Virus record (IMG/VR): IMGVR_UViG_3300025392_000002
Strand: one strand, 5' to 3'
DNA: 64,000 bases
From: a virus
Taxonomy: Duplodnaviria > Caudoviricetes
Shown piece by piece: positions 26,653 to 38,406 of the stretch. Every line of letters starts with the position of its first letter. Positions within the stretch are counted from its first letter, which is position 1. The notes beneath the pieces are model-generated. The model was not told the DNA's origin. It searched no databases and worked only from the letters and a program-made list of their open reading frames with translations. Made by a program: the position numbers and the translations under genes.

Positions 26653-26907
26653 GATGCCTTCAGCTCTTACACTCTTTCTCAATTCTACCAGTTCGGGCTC
26701 TGTGTACAAGGGCTTGTTGGATATGTCCATGAACATTTGGTAAGCTTCTTCAAATACTGACTCTTCAAGATAGCTCAAATTCTTATGGTCCTCCACGTAA
26801 AACTCAACCCACGTGCCACGTGTAGCTGTGACTAGGGCTCGGGTGGGCAGGACCCTGTGTTGGTAAACGGCTATTGTAATCATTATTTCCTCTTGACTTA
26901 GGATCAT
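26629..26907 (-). CDS. hypothetical protein
   Basis: ORF (start may be 26883). Confidence 0.45.
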   Translation of the reverse strand: MILSQEEIMITIAVYQHRVLPTRALVTATRGTWVEFYVEDHKNLSYLEESVFEEAYQMFMDISNKPLYTEPELVELRKSVRAEGILVPREFD

Positions 26908-26954
26908 ACTTATGCTATACTAAGCCATATTCACTCGTAATTAAGGCTAGCAAT

Positions 26955-27317
26955 ATGGCACAGGCATACAAAGAAACTACTGTTTGGGAAGATGGATCCA
27001 CCAGCATCAATCACACTTACTTGCTCGAAGGAGACAAGATGATTGCTTATATGCGGAGTCAAACGTCAGTACCATTTTACTTTAAAAAGCCCATAATGAT
27101 ATCGCGTAGTAAGCGTACATTTGAGCTGGTTGAACCTAATCCTTTTGAGCTAGCGGCTGTTCCGCAAGTTGTGGTAGCTCAGGAGTCAAATATCAGAGAA
27201 ATTGAGGGTAGCAAGGGTGCAGTCTACTATCTTAACACAGATAGCCTAACATGTACTTGCCCGGGCTATACCTATCGCGGAGTTTGTAAACACGTTAAGG
27301 AATTGGAGACCGAATGA
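26955..27317 (+). CDS. SWIM zinc-finger protein
   Basis: GSKG..Y, CTCPG...RGVCKH; promoter TTGACT-17-TATACT at 26893. Confidence 0.75.
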   Translation: MAQAYKETTVWEDGSTSINHTYLLEGDKMIAYMRSQTSVPFYFKKPIMISRSKRTFELVEPNPFELAAVPQVVVAQESNIREIEGSKGAVYYLNTDSLTCTCPGYTYRGVCKHVKELETE

Positions 27318-30300
27318 GTAATTGGACCTATAGAATCTTAATGACCCTTATGGCCTCCAACTTGGCCATCTGCTTGTATGCGGCCTTTACATATGAAGCT
27401 CCTGCTACTATGTGTTTGAATGGCTTGGTCATGGTTGAACACCGGTCAGGAGACATGTGGGTTCAAAAGGGCTTATTGCCCGAGCATTGCGTAGAGGTAG
27501 ACAAAGATTGAAACGCTTTACCATTACCAAGCTGGATCGCAGGCATAAGGGCTATCAACAGTTTAGCCATTATATAGTGCCTGTTTGGTCCAGTACCCTA
27601 GCTGACAAGGTGCAGTTCTTTGAATGGCGTAATTGGTGTTGGAGCACTTGGGGTCCTGGTATGGAACGTGAGCAGGCCATAGAGTTTGGCTCTGATCATT
27701 ATACAATAGGACGTTGGGCTTGGCACACAGATGAACGTATGAAGCGTCTGTACTTTGCTACAGAAAAAGAATTGAATTGGTTTGTATTAACTTGGAGTGA
27801 TCAATAATGTATCGTACAGTATATAAAGAAGTAGAGATTGACGTTGAATTGGATGACTTTGAAGACGATGATCTCATTGAAGAATTGGAACGTAGGGGTA
27901 AGGGCTTTGAAGTACCAGGAGTTACCCCAACCGAACTGTTACAGACCATTTGGCTTAAACGTAGGCAGGGGCAGGACTACCAACAGGAATTGGACGAACT
28001 GATCTACGTGGGCTTGGGTAAGATTATATAACAAAATTAAAGGACTAAGACAATGGTTGAATTGACTCAATGGGTAGCTGTGTTTATTGCATGTGGCCCA
28101 TATAATATTTGTGCAGTACAGAATGAACCCCAACCCTATTGGAGTCAAAGCGAATGTCAGCTGTCTATTGAAACAGTGGTGGATGCTAACAAGGATACCA
28201 TACCCCCAGAGTTTAAACTAGATGGCATGTGCCTACAGATCCATGCAGGGAAACCTATATGAACGAACGCATAATTAAAATAATGAAACAAGCGGACTAC
28301 CCAGCCGCTGAACTAGCAGGCCGTGCCCAACGTCTAAGCCAATTGGTAGTAGAGGACTGCATCCAAATACTCATCAACTATGGATACGATGATGCGGCCC
28401 AGTGCCTAACAGATGAGTATCAAGGAGTTAATAATGATTAAAGGATTAATGGGCGGCTCTGGCCTAAATGTTAATGGTGGCAACACCAGCGTACCCTATG
28501 TTAACCAAAACAGCACTAACCCCATGCAAGGTATGTTGCGTATTTGGGGTAGTGACATGCAGGTATATGATGGCAACAACTGGATGAACTTCAGCAGTAG
28601 CTATGCCACAGTAGAGCTTAACGGTGATAGCCAGGCATTATTGCAATGGGCACGTGGTGAACGTGACCGGCAGTTCAAGCGTGAGGCTTTGGTTAAAGAT
28701 AACCCAGCACTCAAAAAAGCCCTGGAGAGTATTGAACGTGCAGAAGCTAACTTTGATATCCTTGCCAAATTTGTGGAGAATGATCATGCTTGATAGCATA
28801 TTTGTATTACTTGGCGCTTTGTTCGTCAAGCACTGGTACATTGACTTTGTTAATCAAACCAATGAAGAAGTAGCAGGCAAAGGTACATATGGCAATGCCC
28901 ATGGAGTTATGCACTCAATCAAACATGGTGTTGCCACATTCATTATCTTTATGTTGTTTACAGGCGGGTTTGAGTACAGTATTATACTAGGCTTTATTGA
29001 TTTTGTTCTACACTATCATATTGACTGGGCCAAGATGAACATTAACCGCCGTTGGAACTATACTATTGATATGCCCCAGTTTTGGGCATGGTTGGGTGCT
29101 GATCAATTGGCACACAGTTTGACTTACTTGTTTCTAGTTTGGTTTGCCATATGAATAATGAACTATTGAAAAAGCTTCAAGAGCAAGCTCTGTTTGTGGA
29201 CAATCGTTATGCTTTGCCCGACGAGTTTGCTGACGAGTTTGCCCGTTTAATTATAGAAGAGTGTGCCAAGGTAGCTGACCGTGCATGGAACGATGCAGGT
29301 ACTTATCCTGGCAACTTGGTTAGAAAACACTTTGGAATTGACTGATGAACATTTTAAACATACGTATCGAAATAGCTAGCCCGTTTGATCGCTGGGAGTT
29401 CTTTAAAGATCTCGGATGTCTATGGGGTAAGTTAGGCCGTCACTCGGCTTGGGAACTACAGCATAGTTTTTATACAGGACTCATTGCTGACTTTGAACTA
29501 CGTTGGAGCCGTGCAGTAGATCATGCTGGCTTTGAGTTTGGCATAGGCCTGCTGGGCTACGGCATCCATTTCCGTACATATGACACACGCCATTGGAACT
29601 ATGATTTGAATCGTTGGGAAGAATGGGATTACAGTGAGTACACTCAAACTAACAGTTAAACAATGGCAACGTATACGTGCCGACTTGCATACAGAGCACC
29701 CAAAGAGTGTGTTCATGCTCAAACACAAGATGAAGGAAGTCTTGGGCTTTACTGTACGTGAACACCAGGAATGGATCAAAGTTGATCCCCAACCAGATGG
29801 GCCTGATTGGTTAGACACTAGTCAGGAAGGTTGGTACAAGGACAAAAAGCACGAACACTCAATCAGGCTAGACTTCTACAACGAAAGAAAGTATACTATG
29901 TTTCTACTCAAATACTCGGAGTACTTAAATGGATGAACTAGAAAAACTTAAAAAAGAAAATGCTAGGCTTGTAGAAGAGCTCAAACGTCTTTACGGAGTT
30001 GAACGTCCATTCATTTGTGGAACTGCGGGTAAGTTGCAAGACGATGGTATGTACGAGTACATATTGGTTTGCCCAGCGTATGGAGCAGACGGTATGGCCA
30101 TGTACAAGAAGTATAAAGATTATTCAGCACCAGGATATTAAAATGAGCAAAGAGAAACACAAACCCTATCAATGGATTGATGGAGAAACTGCTGATCGTA
30201 TTACTAGCCTTAACTTAAAAGACTATCGTGCCTATCTCAAGAAAGAGTTGAAGCAGTGGAAGAAGAATCCCAAGACAGATGCAAACCCTGATGGATACTG

Positions 30301-30627
30301 GATGCATGATGGCGATGTAGCACTTAACATGCGCACAATAGAAGCACTAGATTTAATTATAAGCCACTTTGTGGTAACAGAGGACACAATCAAATGACAT
30401 TAGAAGACTTACAACATATTTTTAGGCACCAAACTACAGCAACAGACGACTATATTCCTAAGGATACCTTAGACTATATGATATTCGAAGGACAAAATAG
30501 AGTATCAGCCAGTTGCCCTGTAAAAGAAATGGAAACACTAGTTGTACTACTAGATAATTTTCAATTTGAAGGCTACAGAGATAGAACACCATTGTTTATT
30601 AAACCAGAGGTTATCGTTACTCTATGA
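27314..30627 (+). CDS. operon of small overlapping hypothetical genes (27314, 27508, 27807, 28053, 28259, 28434, 29151, 29345, 29634, 29929, 30143, 30394)
   Basis: Tightly coupled starts and stops; no function recognisable. Confidence 0.6.
28786..29154 (+). CDS. DUF3307-like membrane protein
   Basis: KH..DF, HS..HG, HYHID..K, G.DQ.AH. Confidence 0.75.
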   Translation: MLDSIFVLLGALFVKHWYIDFVNQTNEEVAGKGTYGNAHGVMHSIKHGVATFIIFMLFTGGFEYSIILGFIDFVLHYHIDWAKMNINRRWNYTIDMPQFWAWLGADQLAHSLTYLFLVWFAI

Positions 30628-30848
30628 AGCATGTAGAAGTAGGCATGTTTAAATTGCCCGGCATTGTATTTGAGAAAGGCGAACTATCCGCCGAACTCAA
30701 TGAAGAAATGATAGTCTGGGCTAAAGAGGAAGGTGTGGGTATGAGTATGACTGAGAACTTGTGGAGTTTCAAAAAGGAAGCACACAGGGAATGGTTCATA
30801 CTCAAATGGATTGATCGTATTCCTAAAATAGAAAAAGAAGCAAAATGA
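30624..30848 (+). CDS. paralogue-family small protein
   Basis: WSFKKEAHREWFILKW. Confidence 0.6.
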   Translation: MKHVEVGMFKLPGIVFEKGELSAELNEEMIVWAKEEGVGMSMTENLWSFKKEAHREWFILKWIDRIPKIEKEAK

Positions 30849-31348
30849 TTATATACTTAGACATGGATGATGTAGTAGCCGACTGGATGCCAGCGGCTCG
30901 TGCCATTGTTAATCGTAACTGGGAATATGGAGAACGTATTCCAGAAGCAGATTGGGCTAAGGTCAAAGCCAAAACTCGTTTCTATCGCGACTTGCCTATC
31001 AAACCAGGCGCACACGAACTTGTGGAATACTGTAAGGATGCGTTAGTTAAAGGCTTGGCAGATGAACTACGTTTCTTAACAGCATTACCACACGGTAACG
31101 ATGTACCATTTGCTGTGTATGATAAAGTACATTGGTGCGATTTAAACTTTCCAGGTATACCTATGTTTATAGGACCGTATAGTCATGACAAGTGGCAACA
31201 TTGTCAGCCCGGAGATATATTGATTGACGATCGTACTAGTAACTGTGAAGAATGGATTCGTCAAGGTGGACATGCCCACATATACCGCACATGGGAGGCC
31301 TGCAAGCCATGGCTGGAACAGATTCTAAATTCAAAGGCCGCGGCCTAG
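30845..31348 (+). CDS. 5'(3')-deoxyribonucleotidase (NT5C, HAD)
   Basis: YLDMDDVVAD, FLTA, K..W, LIDDR..N...W. Confidence 0.85.
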   Translation: MIIYLDMDDVVADWMPAARAIVNRNWEYGERIPEADWAKVKAKTRFYRDLPIKPGAHELVEYCKDALVKGLADELRFLTALPHGNDVPFAVYDKVHWCDLNFPGIPMFIGPYSHDKWQHCQPGDILIDDRTSNCEEWIRQGGHAHIYRTWEACKPWLEQILNSKAAA

Positions 31349-31368
31349 TACAACTTACAGGTCGACAA

Positions 31369-33284
31369 ATGGGCAAAAGTCATGTCGCTGATTTACTTAA
31401 GAACTGGCATCGACATATGAGTGCAAACTTTGTTCCAAAGATCAAATGGCAACACTTGCCAGGACTCCGACTACAAGCCTACACGGATGATGTAGGACCA
31501 CGTGGCTTTGAACGTGGACTTAACGAGTCAGACATGGATCCAATACAGGCTTGGAGTGTTGAGTGTAACTGTGGAACTCGCACAAGTTTTAATGTTTGGA
31601 AATTCAAAGACGAAAAACACATGACAATGTTTTTAATGAAGTGGTCATCATGAGACGATTGAATAAAAAGTATTGGCCGCATATGGTTAAAACAAAATAT
31701 ACAGATGACACGAACCACGAAATATTTGCTTGGTGTCAGACTAATTTAGTAGGCAAAGACCGTTTTAAGCTAGCAGGCCCAAATGTTTGGTACTTTACCA
31801 AAGAGAAAGATGTTACAATGTTTTTACTAGCGTGGCCACAATGATTAGAAACGAACAAGAATTCTTTAACACATTTGATATGCAGGTACAATTGAGTCGG
31901 CGCCGACTACGCAGGATAGATCGTGCTAGCCTTAAGATGAACGTATGGGCTCAGGAGATTAGTGATGAAGCTATGTATCAATCTACAGCCATGCACTCTA
32001 TTGAAGAAGTAGAATGTGTTGATGTCTTAATGCCTAAAGATAGACTAGCACACCTGATAGCCTATGTACAAGAAACTGAAGCTCGTAATGTTCAGCAAGA
32101 GTCAGATAGGCAATTGATAGCACGATTCGAACGAGACAGAGCAGTTAGGCTCAAGTATCCTGCGGTAGAGAAAGCATACCAAAAGTATGTGACTATGTTA
32201 GAGTTGTGCCGTAAATGACTTTAGAAGATGAAATTATGCAAAAGATGGCAGAACAGATGTCTACTGAGGTAGACAGAGAAATACTTTGGGGTATGCTCGA
32301 AGGCATTGGCTGGACTCGGGTTATGCTTCCACGATTAATTGATAACCATCATGCAGTCGATATTGGTTACTGGTTAGTGGACAACTGTAAACATTCATAT
32401 GAGCGCAATGGCCGTGACTTTATGTTTGAAAGTCTACAGGATGCTAATTGGTTTAAGTTACGTTGGGGAAGTGTATGATACCGTTACACAACGACTTGTT
32501 AATTGAACATACTTACGATGTAGTTGAGGTAGATCAGATTACCACAGAGCTAATTGATTTTTTGAACAAGAGTTTTGGACCTCCTGGACAGCGTTGGTGG
32601 ATTAGTAGTTATAAGATATACTTTAGAGATCCTAGAGACTACACATGGTTTGAATTGGCAACATAATATGGCAATAACACACAACCGAGAAGAGATGTAT
32701 ACTGCTCAACAACTCAAAAGAGATGGATGGGTACACGATATGACTGAATTATCAATTACAGAATGTCGGGAACGTGCTGAGTGGTGCAAGGCAACATTTG
32801 GTGGCGTATACAATCCTATAACCTGGGACGGTAAATGGTTTGGTGCTGAACTACCATTCCAAGCAGGAGGAGTTACTCCCAAAAGACAATTTGTCTTTAT
32901 GTTTAGAGATGATAAAATTTACACAATGTACAGGATGATGTTCCCCAATTGAACGATACAATATTACCCTTGCCCAACGGAGACTTTACTACAGTAGAGC
33001 ATATTGAGAAACATGGACCATTGACTGTAGTGGTACATAGCTTTAGAATGGGCGATGTAGAAGATCCAGACTTATATGCCGCTGAACCTTTATATCAGTG
33101 GCAACAAAGTGAAATGGGCGAGTGGGTAATGGCTAACGCTGTCCAAACCCCCAGCTGGCATAGAGATATTAGTCTATACACATTTGGATATGCCTACTCA
33201 ATTCGTGCAGAACTCGCACCCAAAGACTATACCTATTGGTGGATCAAATGGGGACACGAGCTTGACGCAAAGTCAAACAGATAG
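31369..33284 (+). CDS. cluster of small genes, mostly paralogue family (31369, 31650, 31841, 32215, 32475, 32668, 32949)
   Basis: Shared C-terminal F..E/D.D..F.L.W-like motif in six of seven. Confidence 0.6.
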
Positions 33285-33321
33285 TATAATAAACACATAG
33301 AAACTCAATAGAAAGACTATA

Positions 33322-35140
33322 ATGAGCGACATTGTTTTATGCAAAGACTGTAAACATTCTCAAGCCAATTGGTTCAATAAAATGATAGACAACCAACATG
33401 CTTTCAAGTGTGTACATCCTGATAGTTGGCAAATACCTAGAGAAAACAGGGTGACTGGTAAAAACCCTCCGGGATACTTTCAATCTTGTAGTGCCATGCG
33501 TTTAGACTTTGGAGATACATGTGGTCAAGAAGGAAAACTTTGGGCACCTCGTCACAAACGAGATCTATTTAAACATATTAAACATGTAGGTACACTATGA
33601 GTGGATGGAACACAATTCAACGAGTTCGTCATCTTGAAGAACAAATCGACAAGCTAGGCTTTAAGTTTGCCAAGAGCAAGCACTCTGATTGGAGTGACGA
33701 TCACGGAGCCCTAAGTCTTAAACCAAAAGATCCAGATGCTTTGCCAATTTACAGTCGCGATGCTGAACTGTATGTAGGTAGCATAGAAGGATTGGAAACT
33801 TGGCTACACGGTGTACGCTGGGCTCGCGAGTATGATATGATGATCAAACTCAGTGATGAAAAGAAACGCACAGCCGCAGAACAAAAGGAACGCAATCGGC
33901 AATTGATGCGTACACTTAAAGAAGGCAAGCGAGTAGAAGGAGTAATAGAATAATGGAACCTAGATATTTATATACTATCAAATGGACACAACCTTATAGC
34001 ACAGGCTACGAGCGTCCTTACTTGCGACAACTACACGAAGCAGTCGAGCGAGCCATCGAAGCACAAGTGGCTCGTAATGAGTGCCCACAGGCTAAGGAAG
34101 TTATTGAAAGGATAATGAAACTATGACATGGATTGTAGAAGGATTATTGATAATGGCTATTGCTATCATGCTGATCAGTATTGTGATCAAGGCTGTAGCA
34201 TTTTTTAATGGAGATTAATATGCAGATAAGAGTAAAAGAAAACCCAGAAGAATTTGGTAAATGTGGATGTGGCCGTAGCCCGACAGGCAAATGTATTGGT
34301 TGGCATGGACTTACAGAAGAATTGTACCAACATCAAAAGATGCTTTGGTTAGAAGAAGAATTGAAAAAAGATGCTGATCTTGAAGAATACAAGAAGCAAG
34401 CACAGGAAATGTGGAGCGATAGTTGTACTACTCCTAGAAAGGCACAGTAATGAATTGGTTAAAACGTAAAATCCGTCGTTGGTTAGACAGTGAACAAGAT
34501 ATCTGTATTGATGATGGTCGATATGCTACTGCTATAGCAAAGAACTCGATCAATGGTCGCGATGTTAATAGTGAGCCTACACTACAGTTCAAGATCTATA
34601 ATGCTATTGGCGGCAAGGTAGTAGAGTTTAGCCGTTATGATCGTCAAAAGGATCGAGCCTTCCATGATATCTACATTATTGGCAAAAACGAGGACTTTGG
34701 CGAAAAGATTGCCAAAATCGCTATGTTAGAGTCACTAAAAGATTAATTTTATTAAATAAACTTACCCGGAGGAATATTCCATGGATATTTTGTTAGACTG
34801 TTTACCATACGTGGTAGTTGCTATTGTGTTTTACAATGTAGGACTTGTCATTGCTAGAATGAGAATGATAGAGAATCTTGTAAAGAACCCAGATGGTATG
34901 ATCCAAATGATTGGCAAACTAAAAGAGATTGTCGAATCAGAAGAGGATGGCATGCCTGAAGATGCAATTGAAGTTAAAACCGAACAGGTAAATGATTTGG
35001 TGTATGCTTACAATAAAATGACTGGAGAGTTTCTAGCACAAGCTCAAAATTTGCATCAAGTTATGACTTTGGCCGCGGCACGTTATCCGGGCAAGAAGTT
35101 TTGGCATCCTGAATTGAAGGAAGACAGCCAAACAGCTTGA
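33322..35140 (+). CDS. small hypothetical genes (33322 Cys-rich, 33597, 33953, 34123, 34450, 34781)
   Basis: Promoter TTGACG-17-TATAAT at 33262; coupled ORFs. Confidence 0.55.
34220..34450 (+). CDS. CDGSH-type iron-sulfur-like small protein
   Basis: CGCGRSPTGKCIGWH. Confidence 0.6.
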   Translation: MQIRVKENPEEFGKCGCGRSPTGKCIGWHGLTEELYQHQKMLWLEEELKKDADLEEYKKQAQEMWSDSCTTPRKAQ

Positions 35141-35210
35141 GTTTAGCCTGTAACTTTGTTAAAATAGATACAGCTGATAAGTTTCAGCATAATCTATAGA
35201 GGAAAACAAC

Positions 35211-35480
35211 ATGAAATTTTTTAACCCAGAAACAAAAACTTACAAACTATTCAACGCACTTTACAATGGCGAGACTGTTACGGCTAGCCAAGCAGAAAAG
35301 CGTTTTGGTATCAAGAACATCAGTGCTGAAGTAAGCCGTATCCGCCACAGTGGTTATGCAGTTTACGCAAACAAGCGTGTAGCTGGTAATGGTGTTCAGG
35401 TAACAGAATATGTTATCGGTAAGCCAAGCCGTGCAATCGTTGCCGCTGGTTACAAAGCAATGGCTTTAGGTCTAGTTTAA
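35211..35480 (+). CDS. winged-HTH DNA-binding protein
   Basis: GETVTASQAEKRFGIKNISAEVSRIR..GY. Confidence 0.65.
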   Translation: MKFFNPETKTYKLFNALYNGETVTASQAEKRFGIKNISAEVSRIRHSGYAVYANKRVAGNGVQVTEYVIGKPSRAIVAAGYKAMALGLV

Positions 35481-35500
35481 TATTAAACTAGTTTAGTTCA

Positions 35501-35524
35501 AAGGCTACTTAGGTAGCCTTTTTT
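35501..35524 (+). terminator. intrinsic terminator
   Basis: AAGGCTAC-TTAG-GTAGCCTT followed by T run. Confidence 0.8.
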
Positions 35525-35559
35525 GTTGAGTATAATTTTAAATTATGCTAAAATACTAT

Positions 35560-36285
35560 ATGATTGATACAATTTTTAAACCTACACTTGAATGGATTCG
35601 TGATGACTACAGTTCAAACAAATTTCGTTTTGGCATTGAGTTGCTGGCTTGGGCTATTAGTATTGGCTGTAGCATTACGATGGCGGTCACTGTACCCACA
35701 CCTCCGCTACCTATTCTGTATCCCATTTGGATTACTGGTTGCAGTATGTACGCTTGGGCTAGTTGGACCAGACGAAGTTTCGGAATGTTGGCTAATTATC
35801 TATTGCTTGTGTCTATCGATAGTATTGGTCTTATAAGGATGATTAATGGATAAGCACACAGATCAAGATATAGAAGATTTTATTGATGAATTAGATGCAG
35901 TTATAATCAAATACGAAGGCACATTTGCCGCACACAACGTAGCAGGCATGTTGTTAAGTCGTGTTACATTGCTAATGACCATGGACCCAGCTGTGGGCAA
36001 ACAATTATTAAAATATGTCTGGGAACAGTTAGATGAAATAGAGCAAGCGAACCCAGGAAGCATGATACCATGACAACGTTTACAACAGAAGATAGAGAAC
36101 GTGCATTACCCCGAGTAGGCAGTAAGTGGGCAGGTGTAGATACTAGAGAAGAGTTTACCATATTGGCAGTTTGGAATCCCAACGAAGAATACGACCCTTG
36201 GGTCAAATACTGTAATTCAAATAATACAGAGTTTACCTGTAGACTAGAAGCATTTTTGAGCAGATTCATTAGTAAACCAGATTAA
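35560..36285 (+). CDS. three small genes (35560 membrane protein, 35846, 36070)
   Basis: Coupled ORFs. Confidence 0.55.
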
Positions 36286-36402
36286 ATAGTATTGACATTC
36301 AAGTCAATGCATACTACAATATGTACATAGTTTGAGAGCAATCCTGCTAGAAACTATATTTTAAGTAACCTACTAGGTTAGAGAAAACATAAAGGAGTTA
36401 AA

Positions 36403-37521
36403 ATGGCTAAAGCCAAACGCCGTGCGGTTGCGCACAATTCACTCGGACAGTTCCTGTCTGGGTTCAAACATACATTTGATGTAGAAGAAGCCTTCATCGA
36501 TTGTAAAGAGATGAGTAAGAACTACAAGCATGGTCTGATTCCTATGACGGATTTGGCAAAAGCGGTAGATGCTGTAGAAGGTCCCTGGCAGGGACGAGTC
36601 AATCAATATAATTCAACAACACTTGCAGGTAAAACATTATCTTTGTTTAACCTTGTACCGCACTTTGAAATGGTGCCGGTAGGCAATGTGTTTAGCCATC
36701 CTAGCTTTAATAGAGACACAAGCCCAAACCATTGTATTAAATTAGAAATGGATTGGTTAGATCAATTTGCCATGACTGGTTTAGGTCTTAAGATGCCGGC
36801 CAAATATGGTGGTGCTGTTTATAATGCAGACACAACACACACCGGAGTTAATCGTATCCGCAAAGGAGACGAGCTGTTGCCATTCTGGGTAGCAGATGTT
36901 CCAGATCAAGGTAATTTTGACGACACACATGAGTTGGCATTGTTTATTGCCGGACACTTGTTCCTAGCAATTAATGTACGCAACAAACGTGGTGTAGATA
37001 TTTTTGACCAACACTTTATCAAAGTTGCTTGCGGCATTTATCCGGCGCCACAAATACAAGCAGTTGTAGATAATATTAAAGGTATTACGATTCGTCGTGC
37101 AGGCAATAAGATTGCAGGAGCAATTCATAACTTGAATGAAACCTACATGACCTTTGCCCTGGACAATACAGGAGCATATTTAGAGCGTAGTCTTAAATGG
37201 CTCGACCGTAACTTTCCTCATCAAAGTATTGATGGTTGTTTGTTGACTAGCTTTGCTATTTTGTTAAAAGAAAATGAAGGCAACAATATTACATGGACTC
37301 AACAGCAAGAAGATACACTTGCGGCAGAATTAAATCGTCGTTATACAACTGCTAATAAAGCACAGTTAAGTATTAAGGATGCTTGCCCACAATGGAACAA
37401 TCCACAGTATGCTAAACTAGACAGCAACTATCTTGTCAGCAACGGACTCAAACATATTTGCTTTGGTTTGAGTATTCCTAGTGTACGTGATCAAGTGCGT
37501 AGCTGGAAGGTAGGGTTTTAA
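36403..37521 (+). CDS. divergent ParB/Srx-like (DUF6551-like) protein
   Basis: HPSFNR...W...VYNADTTH resembles the YQR...DGQH ParB-N pattern; promoter TTGACA-17-TACAAT at 36292. Confidence 0.4.
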   Translation: MAKAKRRAVAHNSLGQFLSGFKHTFDVEEAFIDCKEMSKNYKHGLIPMTDLAKAVDAVEGPWQGRVNQYNSTTLAGKTLSLFNLVPHFEMVPVGNVFSHPSFNRDTSPNHCIKLEMDWLDQFAMTGLGLKMPAKYGGAVYNADTTHTGVNRIRKGDELLPFWVADVPDQGNFDDTHELALFIAGHLFLAINVRNKRGVDIFDQHFIKVACGIYPAPQIQAVVDNIKGITIRRAGNKIAGAIHNLNETYMTFALDNTGAYLERSLKWLDRNFPHQSIDGCLLTSFAILLKENEGNNITWTQQQEDTLAAELNRRYTTANKAQLSIKDACPQWNNPQYAKLDSNYLVSNGLKHICFGLSIPSVRDQVRSWKVGF

Positions 37522-37522
37522 T

Positions 37523-37909
37523 ATGGCTTGGTACTATACATTTAATCCGCCAAAAGAAATTGGCGGAGAGTTTAATACTAAGCCGGGCATCACCGATAGT
37601 AATCCTATTGGGCGTCTAGGTAAGTATCAATTGCCTTTTGGACCTTGCTGGGAAGCTCATTACACTTGGCTTTGCTACCATCCTGACATTACAATTATTA
37701 AGTGGATAGAGCAAAGTGTCCTGGGACACTTTAGAAGTCGTGCATACGGCATTGGTGCAGGTATGACCGAGTGGGTAGTGGAAACTACTTGGCAAGAAAT
37801 TAGAGACTATGTGTTGTTAATCTGCAAAGATACAAACATAGAAATTATAGACTGCGGACCAGGGCCTTGGAATCCTGTACGCATAGAAAAGGAATTAAAA
37901 CATGATTGA
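37523..37909 (+). CDS. GIY-YIG (T5orf172/MUG113-like) nuclease
   Basis: YYTF...KPGIT..P..RL..YQ...IEQ...TEWV. Confidence 0.6.
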   Translation: MAWYYTFNPPKEIGGEFNTKPGITDSNPIGRLGKYQLPFGPCWEAHYTWLCYHPDITIIKWIEQSVLGHFRSRAYGIGAGMTEWVVETTWQEIRDYVLLICKDTNIEIIDCGPGPWNPVRIEKELKHD

Positions 37910-38405
37910 CACTACACAAGTTCCCCAATACGTTATCGATTGTAGCACACTACTTAATGCTCATGAGATTCGTGGAGAAATGCGAGATGCTAAAGTTAGA
38001 ACATACTGTTATGCTTTTACTTACAAAAGCGAAATACTAAAGTATGGAGAACAGCACAAATGGGATCCAACTACCTACGGCGAACGTATCTATCGTCAAG
38101 CATGGCATATTCCAGGTTGGCCAACTATACCTAAGTCTAGTTCAGGCAGTGACATGCTAGATATAATTAGGGATTTCCCAAGCATTAATAAAAATGATGT
38201 TTGTATTATGATTTGGGATATGACTAACTATCCTAGAGCATACTCAAAAGATCCTGCGTATGAAGTTCGTGCATTAGAGCGTCAGTTAATTAGAGAGCAT
38301 ATTGCACAATATGGAGAACGACCTAAGGGCAATATTAAGTCTGAGGAACATATGGATCGCAAGACTAACGTCAGTGATACATTATGGTCAGAGTTGTTTG
38401 AATGA
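37902..38405 (+). CDS. GIY-YIG-like protein
   Basis: YCYAF....LKYGE, GERIYRQ, LERQLI...G..PKGN. Confidence 0.55.
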   Translation: MIDTTQVPQYVIDCSTLLNAHEIRGEMRDAKVRTYCYAFTYKSEILKYGEQHKWDPTTYGERIYRQAWHIPGWPTIPKSSSGSDMLDIIRDFPSINKNDVCIMIWDMTNYPRAYSKDPAYEVRALERQLIREHIAQYGERPKGNIKSEEHMDRKTNVSDTLWSELFE

Positions 38406-38406
38406 C

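Noticed and set aside
31307-31380. KGRGLVQLTGRQMGKS resembling GH19 or terminase Walker A motifs
   Set aside because: Isolated fragment overlapping the upstream gene; rest of either domain is absent
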